A DNA stretch of 64,000 nt from Candidatus Latescibacterota bacterium (GTDB lineage: Bacteria; Latescibacterota; UBA2968): contig OZ220741.1 of NCBI GenBank assembly GCA_965116885.1, positions 1,792,001 to 1,856,000 on the forward strand, given 5' to 3'. The notes beneath the pieces were generated by a model. It worked only from the letters and a program-made list of their open reading frames with translations, was not told the DNA's origin and ran no database searches. Each line of letters begins with the position of its first letter. Position 1 is the first letter of the stretch. A program made the position numbers and the translations under genes. Shown here one piece after another: positions 59,267-64,000 of this stretch.

Positions 59267-59340
59267 GTAGCTGGTTCAAATCCAATCGCTCCGACCATAA
59301 TAAGACAGGGGTTATGTATTTATTGCATAATCCCTTTTTT
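59267..59340 (+). repeat. att-like direct repeat: tRNA-Pro 3' end + terminator
   Basis: gctggttcaaatccaatcgctccgaccataataagacaggggttatg...gcataatccc. Confidence 0.9.
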
Positions 59341-59440
59341 CATGGCTATAATATAGTGGGAAAATATAGTCTGAGGATTGTATTTCATCCATTTTTGAAC
59401 AGCATGAAGGGGATAGGTCTCAAATTCTCCAGGAGGCATT

Positions 59441-60142
59441 ATGGACAAGCAGAAAATTCTGATTGTAGATCATGACCTGCTTGTAATCTCAGAGCTTGCA
59501 GGATTCTTGTGGGATGAACCCTATGAAATATGCCTGGCAGGATATGGGATAGAAGGTCTTGAAATTTTAAGACAAGGGGAGATTGATCTTGCTGTCGTTG
59601 AGCTACATGTAGAGGGTATAGATGGTATAACGCTCTTGAAGCATGTGAAGGAGGAAAAAATTCAGACAGCTATGCTGATCATGACGAGTTTGCGATCTGC
59701 AGAATTGGGCGAACAACTGATCAAGGCTGGCGCTGCAAGTGTATTTGACAAACCAATAGAGAGAGATGTTTTTTTGAAACAGGTCAAAAGATATATGCCT
59801 CCACAAGATATGTGGAAGACCAGGTTTGAAGTGTATTTGGAGGAGTATTACGGCAATTCAGATCTAAAATTTGAAGACGTCATGCGCTATTTCCGATTTT
59901 CTAAGTCGCATGGTTACGCATTGTTCAAAAAACATTTGGGCAAGACCTTTCGTGAAGCATTGAGGGAGGTTAGAATTGAAAAGGCAAAATTATTGATTGA
60001 AGAAACGCCATTGCCAATTTTTGAAATTGCAGCACACTGTGGTTTTCGTTCATCATCGCGTTTAAACGAAGCTTTTAAGAGATTATATGGCATGTCTCCT
60101 CGTGCTTATCGAGAAAAAGAGGACATACGCGTAAGAAATTAG
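59441..60142 (+). CDS. Atypical response regulator: receiver + AraC HTH (paralog of 41976)
   Basis: MDKQKILIVD, DLAVVEL, FKKHLGKTF, EIAAHCGF, GMSPRAYR. Confidence 0.85.
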   Translation: MDKQKILIVDHDLLVISELAGFLWDEPYEICLAGYGIEGLEILRQGEIDLAVVELHVEGIDGITLLKHVKEEKIQTAMLIMTSLRSAELGEQLIKAGAASVFDKPIERDVFLKQVKRYMPPQDMWKTRFEVYLEEYYGNSDLKFEDVMRYFRFSKSHGYALFKKHLGKTFREALREVRIEKAKLLIEETPLPIFEIAAHCGFRSSSRLNEAFKRLYGMSPRAYREKEDIRVRN

Positions 60143-60195
60143 ACATATAATGCAAAAAAGTGGACATACGCGTAATAAATCAGACGTACGCGTAA
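60121..60195 (+). promoter_or_regulatory. Four ~20-21 bp-spaced direct repeats (RGACRTACGCGTAA-like), candidate operator array
   Basis: Units start at 60121, 60141 (degenerate), 60162 and 60182. Confidence 0.55.
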
Positions 60196-60353
60196 TTTTT
60201 TGCTGTTGAAATTGTAGTAGCAATTGTGTTATTTTTGGAAACGTGTGAATAAAAATTCAGGAAAGCTCAACGGCTGCGGGTTGTTTTTCTGGGTCCTTCC
60301 AGAAAAATTAGGGACCGGTCCTCCCTTCCCGCAGCCTATTTTATTTTTCTTAC

Positions 60354-62900
60354 CTATGGATTGAAGACCTCAAATTTGCCGTTCTTGACGATCAGGATAA
60401 TCGGGTTGTAAATCGCGTCTCCATTGGCGTCAAAGGAGAATTTGCCCAAAATTGTGTCCAGGTTTGTGATATGCGCCAGTGCGTCTCGAATCGCTTCTGA
60501 ATCAGTTGATGGGGCAGCGGCGATGGCGTTTGCAAGGATATAGACGGTGGTGTATGCTTGTGCGACGAATTCGTCTGGTTCGGAATTGTATTTCATCGTG
60601 TAATTTTCGACGAATGCGCGATTTCCAGGTGTGTCAGCCAGGCTGCTCCAGGATGTAATGCTAATCGCTCCTTCGGCGGCATCACCCGCGCGCTGTACAT
60701 TGCCTGTGGTCAAAGACACCGTGATAAAGTGAATTTCGGCGGGGATGCCGATTTGCCGAGTCTGGATCAGAACGGCTTCCTTTTCCACGGGTAATGCGGA
60801 GAGAAAGATGGCGTCTGGGTTCAATTCTTTTATTCGGGTTAATTGTTCCGAGAAGTCGGTGTCGCCGGTTTGGAAAGTTTCTGAGATGATCACTTCGACG
60901 CCATTCTGTTGGAGTGCGTCTGTAATCGCCTGATGATTGCTCTGGGAAAAGACATCATCACTTTGATATATGGCAGCGACTCTCTGATAGCCGAGTTTCT
61001 CATGTGTAGTCTTAACACTAACGGGCACGAAGCGATCTACGGTAATAATCGTGCGAAAGACAAAATCGCCTATTTCGCTGAGGCCCTGGGCGGCGGCGGT
61101 CGGGCTAATCGCCACGATCCGATTTTGTTGGGCAATGGGAAAAGCCTCTCGAGTCGTAGTTGAGGCGAACGGGCCGATGATGACAGATAAGCCATCTCGA
61201 TGAATCAGTTTGTTATAAGCTGCAATTGTCCCCGCTGAGGTGGTCTCATTGTCTTCTATAATAAACTCGATTTTCGTTCCGCCGAGTAGCGGTGATTGGT
61301 TGATTTCTTCGCGCGCGAGTTCGAGACCATTTTTTATCGCAGGACTAAGTGTCGCAAGATGGCCTGTCAGAGGCAAGACGATGCCAATGGGTATTTCTTT
61401 TTTTTGTGGTGACGAACTGAAGATTTCGAGTTTGCCGTTTCTGACGATCAGTACAACCGGGTTGTAAACCCCATCTCCATTGGCGTCGAAAGAGAATGTG
61501 CCCAGGATTGTGTCCAGGTCTCTGGTTTTTGCCAGGGCGTCTCGAATGGCTCTTGAGTCAACTGATTGGGCATTGGCGATGGCGTTCGCCAGGATATGGA
61601 CGGTGGCATAGGATTGTGCGGTGAATGCGCTGGGTTCGACGCCGGCTATCATCGTGTAATTTTCGACAAAGGCGCGATTTCTCGGGGTGTCGGCCGTGCT
61701 GGTCCAGGCGGTAAAACTAATCGCGCCCTCAGCGGCAGCACCTGCGCGTTCTATTTCGCCTGGGGTCAGGGTTTGTGTGATGAAGTGAACTTCGGGGGGG
61801 ATGCCGATTTGCCGAGTCTGGATTAGTATATCATTTGCCTCTGTTATTGGAAGCGCAGAGAGGAAGATGGCGTCTGGATTCGATTCTTTTATTCGGGTTA
61901 ATTGTTCCGAGAAGTCAGTCTGACCGACCTGGAAGGTCTCTGTGATCAAAACTTCGACGCCGTTTTGATGGAGTATTTCTTTGATTATAGCGTCGCTATT
62001 TTGGGCAAAGACATCGCCAGCCTGGAATATTGTAGCGACTTTCTGATAGCCGAGTTGCTCATGAGTGGCCGTGACGCCACGGGGTATAAGCCAGTTGACC
62101 GTGAGACTGGTGCGGAAGAGGAAGTCACCCATTGCGCTGAGGCCTGGGGAGGCTGAGGTTGGACTGATCGCCACGACTTCATTTTGTTGGGCAATGGGAA
62201 AAGCTTCTCTGGCGTCACTTGAGGTGAACGGACCGATGATGACAGATACGCCATCGCGGTGAATCAGTTTGTTATAAGCTTCGACAGAGCCTTCTGGGGT
62301 GCTGCGATTGTCTTCCATAATGAAATTGATTTTTGCCCCGCCGAGTAGCGATGAACGGTTAATTTCTTCGCGTGCGAGTTCAAAGCCAGCTATAAGCGAC
62401 TGACCACCTGCACCGAGTTGACCCGTCAGAGGCAGGACGATGCCTATGGTGATTTCTGAGGGGAGACCTTCTAATGTCAGTTGTGCTTTCCCGCCGATGG
62501 GCAAGTTGAGCCGTATTTTTTGGCCTTCGTTAATTGGAATGCTGGTCCAGGATCCGATCTCGATCCCGTCCTGTGAGGCGCGCGCTTGATAATAGCCATT
62601 GCCCGCTGTGATCTCTATCCGCGCACGACCGTTTTCATCGGTCGTATTTGACCACTGATAATCCGGTTTTTGTCCCGCAATAGAACGCGCAAATTCTACT
62701 TTTGCTCCGCTCACAGGTGCGTCATTCTGCTGTACAGTAGCTAAGACTACAGCATTTTGTTGCGCAGCCAATTTGCTCAGGGGACGGCCAATTTGTTCGT
62801 CTGTCCCGATTTCTGACTGCGTTACGCGCTCACCGCCACAGTTCCATATTGTTCCTGCGACAAGGGCTATTGCGATTATAATGCGAATATTTTGTAACAT
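60354..62900 (-). CDS. Lipoprotein with N-terminal Ig-like segment and two tandem LivJ-type ABC substrate-binding domains
   Basis: Lipobox IWNC; duplicated IGIVLPLTG...ELAREEIN...LDTILG.FSFDANGD units. Confidence 0.85.
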   Translation of the reverse strand: MLQNIRIIIAIALVAGTIWNCGGERVTQSEIGTDEQIGRPLSKLAAQQNAVVLATVQQNDAPVSGAKVEFARSIAGQKPDYQWSNTTDENGRARIEITAGNGYYQARASQDGIEIGSWTSIPINEGQKIRLNLPIGGKAQLTLEGLPSEITIGIVLPLTGQLGAGGQSLIAGFELAREEINRSSLLGGAKINFIMEDNRSTPEGSVEAYNKLIHRDGVSVIIGPFTSSDAREAFPIAQQNEVVAISPTSASPGLSAMGDFLFRTSLTVNWLIPRGVTATHEQLGYQKVATIFQAGDVFAQNSDAIIKEILHQNGVEVLITETFQVGQTDFSEQLTRIKESNPDAIFLSALPITEANDILIQTRQIGIPPEVHFITQTLTPGEIERAGAAAEGAISFTAWTSTADTPRNRAFVENYTMIAGVEPSAFTAQSYATVHILANAIANAQSVDSRAIRDALAKTRDLDTILGTFSFDANGDGVYNPVVLIVRNGKLEIFSSSPQKKEIPIGIVLPLTGHLATLSPAIKNGLELAREEINQSPLLGGTKIEFIIEDNETTSAGTIAAYNKLIHRDGLSVIIGPFASTTTREAFPIAQQNRIVAISPTAAAQGLSEIGDFVFRTIITVDRFVPVSVKTTHEKLGYQRVAAIYQSDDVFSQSNHQAITDALQQNGVEVIISETFQTGDTDFSEQLTRIKELNPDAIFLSALPVEKEAVLIQTRQIGIPAEIHFITVSLTTGNVQRAGDAAEGAISITSWSSLADTPGNRAFVENYTMKYNSEPDEFVAQAYTTVYILANAIAAAPSTDSEAIRDALAHITNLDTILGKFSFDANGDAIYNPIILIVKNGKFEVFNP

Positions 62901-62928
62901 GGCGATCCCCATAGACTCTGTATAGAGC

Positions 62929-62966
62929 AAATCCCAGAATGTGGAAAACCCATTCTGGGATTTTTT
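62929..62966. terminator. Terminator-like hairpin
   Basis: aaatcccagaatg...cattctgggattt with flanking T/A tracts. Confidence 0.6.
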
Positions 62967-62985
62967 GTGCGAGATAGACGAGTGT

Positions 62986-63426
62986 CTATCCCGTCAGTTG
63001 TGCGTGAAATTCTGTCCAGTCATCGAGGTTGTTCAGGTTGATGGCGTCGAGAATTGTGCCGTCGTCGTCAATGCCTGCCCCACCGAGGATGGCCCCGCGG
63101 ACATCGTCTGCGTGGTTATAACCTTCAATTGCCGCGTTGAGTTCTGCAACGGCATTGCTATCGAGGCTGCCACCGCTCTGTGCGATTACCCATGCTTCGA
63201 ATTCCGGATAGGAGGGTAGATTTTCAGTGAGATAGGCGACGGTGGCATCGCGGTCGAGACCCAGACCATCGAGAACCATCTGGTCGTAACCCATGCCACA
63301 CTGGTCATATCCTTCTTCGAGGTTGCCCGTGGCGCCCAACAGGACTTTGCTCCACAGGCGAGGAAGATGGAGTACACCCGCTGGTCCTGCAACACCTGAA
63401 CTGATGAGGGGGATTGTTCCTGCCAT
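62986..63426 (-). CDS. DUF5069-like protein
   Basis: HLPRLWSK, GY..CGMGYD..VL, LDDW; RBS AAGGAG. Confidence 0.6.
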   Translation of the reverse strand: MAGTIPLISSGVAGPAGVLHLPRLWSKVLLGATGNLEEGYDQCGMGYDQMVLDGLGLDRDATVAYLTENLPSYPEFEAWVIAQSGGSLDSNAVAELNAAIEGYNHADDVRGAILGGAGIDDDGTILDAINLNNLDDWTEFHAQLTG

Positions 63427-63518
63427 TTTTTACTCCTTTTGAATATGGTTCATCGACCAGCACGCGAATGATTGGGGAGGTGCTGGTGCGATTTGAACCG
63501 CGTTTTGAGAATGCCTTT

Positions 63519-64000
63519 TTATTTTGCCAAAACACCTTTTTGATCTTTGTTGAGTGTCCAGGTATCGACTATACCGTTTGAATATGTTATGGTAAGTTGT
63601 GTGCCGATGAATTCAAATTGCGTTCCGTTGTCGTGGGTGAGTGTGACGCGCGCATCGTCAGAGGAGATTTGTCCCGTGCCATTTTGGGATGTTGTGTCAT
63701 AAACTGCATCTGAGCTATCTGTTTCTATTGAGCCGATTCTGAGTTTGGATTGATATGTAAATGCCGTGCCCTGTAGATCGTATAAACGGTCGATGACTCT
63801 GATGCTCTGTCTGTCGTCCGTTAGAGAGAGATGCACCTTGGCCTGGGTGGGTGTAGTTGGAAACCATTCGATGAGGCCGCTGATTTGCGGGCTTTGGATG
63901 ATTTCACCCTGCGCGGGTTTACGAGACTCCAACAGCCAGGTTCCGCGAAGCTCTGCCTGATATTTGGTGTCGTCACCACAACCGATTAGTAGGGCGCAAA
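63519..64000 (-). CDS. Hypothetical lipoprotein, 5' end outside the window
   Basis: Frame stays open to the window edge and reads ..CALLIGCGDDTKYQAELRGTWLLESRK. Confidence 0.55.
   Translation of the reverse strand, partial: CALLIGCGDDTKYQAELRGTWLLESRKPAQGEIIQSPQISGLIEWFPTTPTQAKVHLSLTDDRQSIRVIDRLYDLQGTAFTYQSKLRIGSIETDSSDAVYDTTSQNGTGQISSDDARVTLTHDNGTQFEFIGTQLTITYSNGIVDTWTLNKDQKGVLAK

Larger units (their letters stand above)
41493..59340. mobile_element. Genomic island 2 at tRNA-Pro carrying a peptide biosynthetic cluster (no integrase)
   Basis: Flanked by tRNA-3'-end repeats at 41411 and 59267; all genes on + strand; AT-rich left half by eye. Confidence 0.75.

Noticed and set aside
41493..59340. 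Lanthipeptide, sactipeptide, NRPS or PKS assignment for island 2
   Set aside because: No LanB/C/M, radical SAM CxxxCxxC, YcaO, adenylation or ketosynthase motifs seen
60121..60195. Possible CRISPR array
   Set aside because: Period is only ~20 bp, no spacers, no cas genes

Overview
Bacterial genomic window. Gene content (DUF6785 transporter, EF-hand/dockerin-like surface proteins, PhyH/amidohydrolase-rich catabolism, GTAG-REPs) suggests a Latescibacterota/Gemmatimonadota-like marine or sponge-associated heterotroph; this taxonomy is an inference. Bases 1-38.3 kb hold mostly catabolic and housekeeping genes: HADs, LLM, PurO-like cyclohydrolase, M16 protease, proA, mmsA, sulfatase, aconitase X cluster, two glycan-active surface proteins, a sigma factor and MlaEFD. 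A tRNA-Pro(GGG) at 38345-38421 has its 3' end plus terminator repeated at ~41.4 kb and ~59.3 kb, delimiting two tandem, integrase-less islands. Island 2 (~41.5-59.3 kb) is an apparently intact peptide (RiPP/bacteriocin-like) cluster. It carries an 84-aa Gly-rich two-Cys precursor, an S8 protease fused to a DUF1611/TIGR04066-like domain, an acyl carrier protein, a glycosyltransferase, a BtrH-like protein, TlpA plus MauE/DoxX, two Yip1 proteins and three ABC systems, but no radical SAM. Island 1 (~38.4-41.5 kb) is a decayed sister cluster. It keeps fragments of the same ABC exporter and S8 protease, a second precursor candidate sharing a 'TI..YH.E..TWE' motif, and four CxxC-x18-24-CxxC membrane proteins. 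Several promoter-linked structured RNA candidates, a sigma-54 promoter and Asp-to-Glu receiver-AraC regulators are also present. All family assignments come from motif recognition, not database searches.
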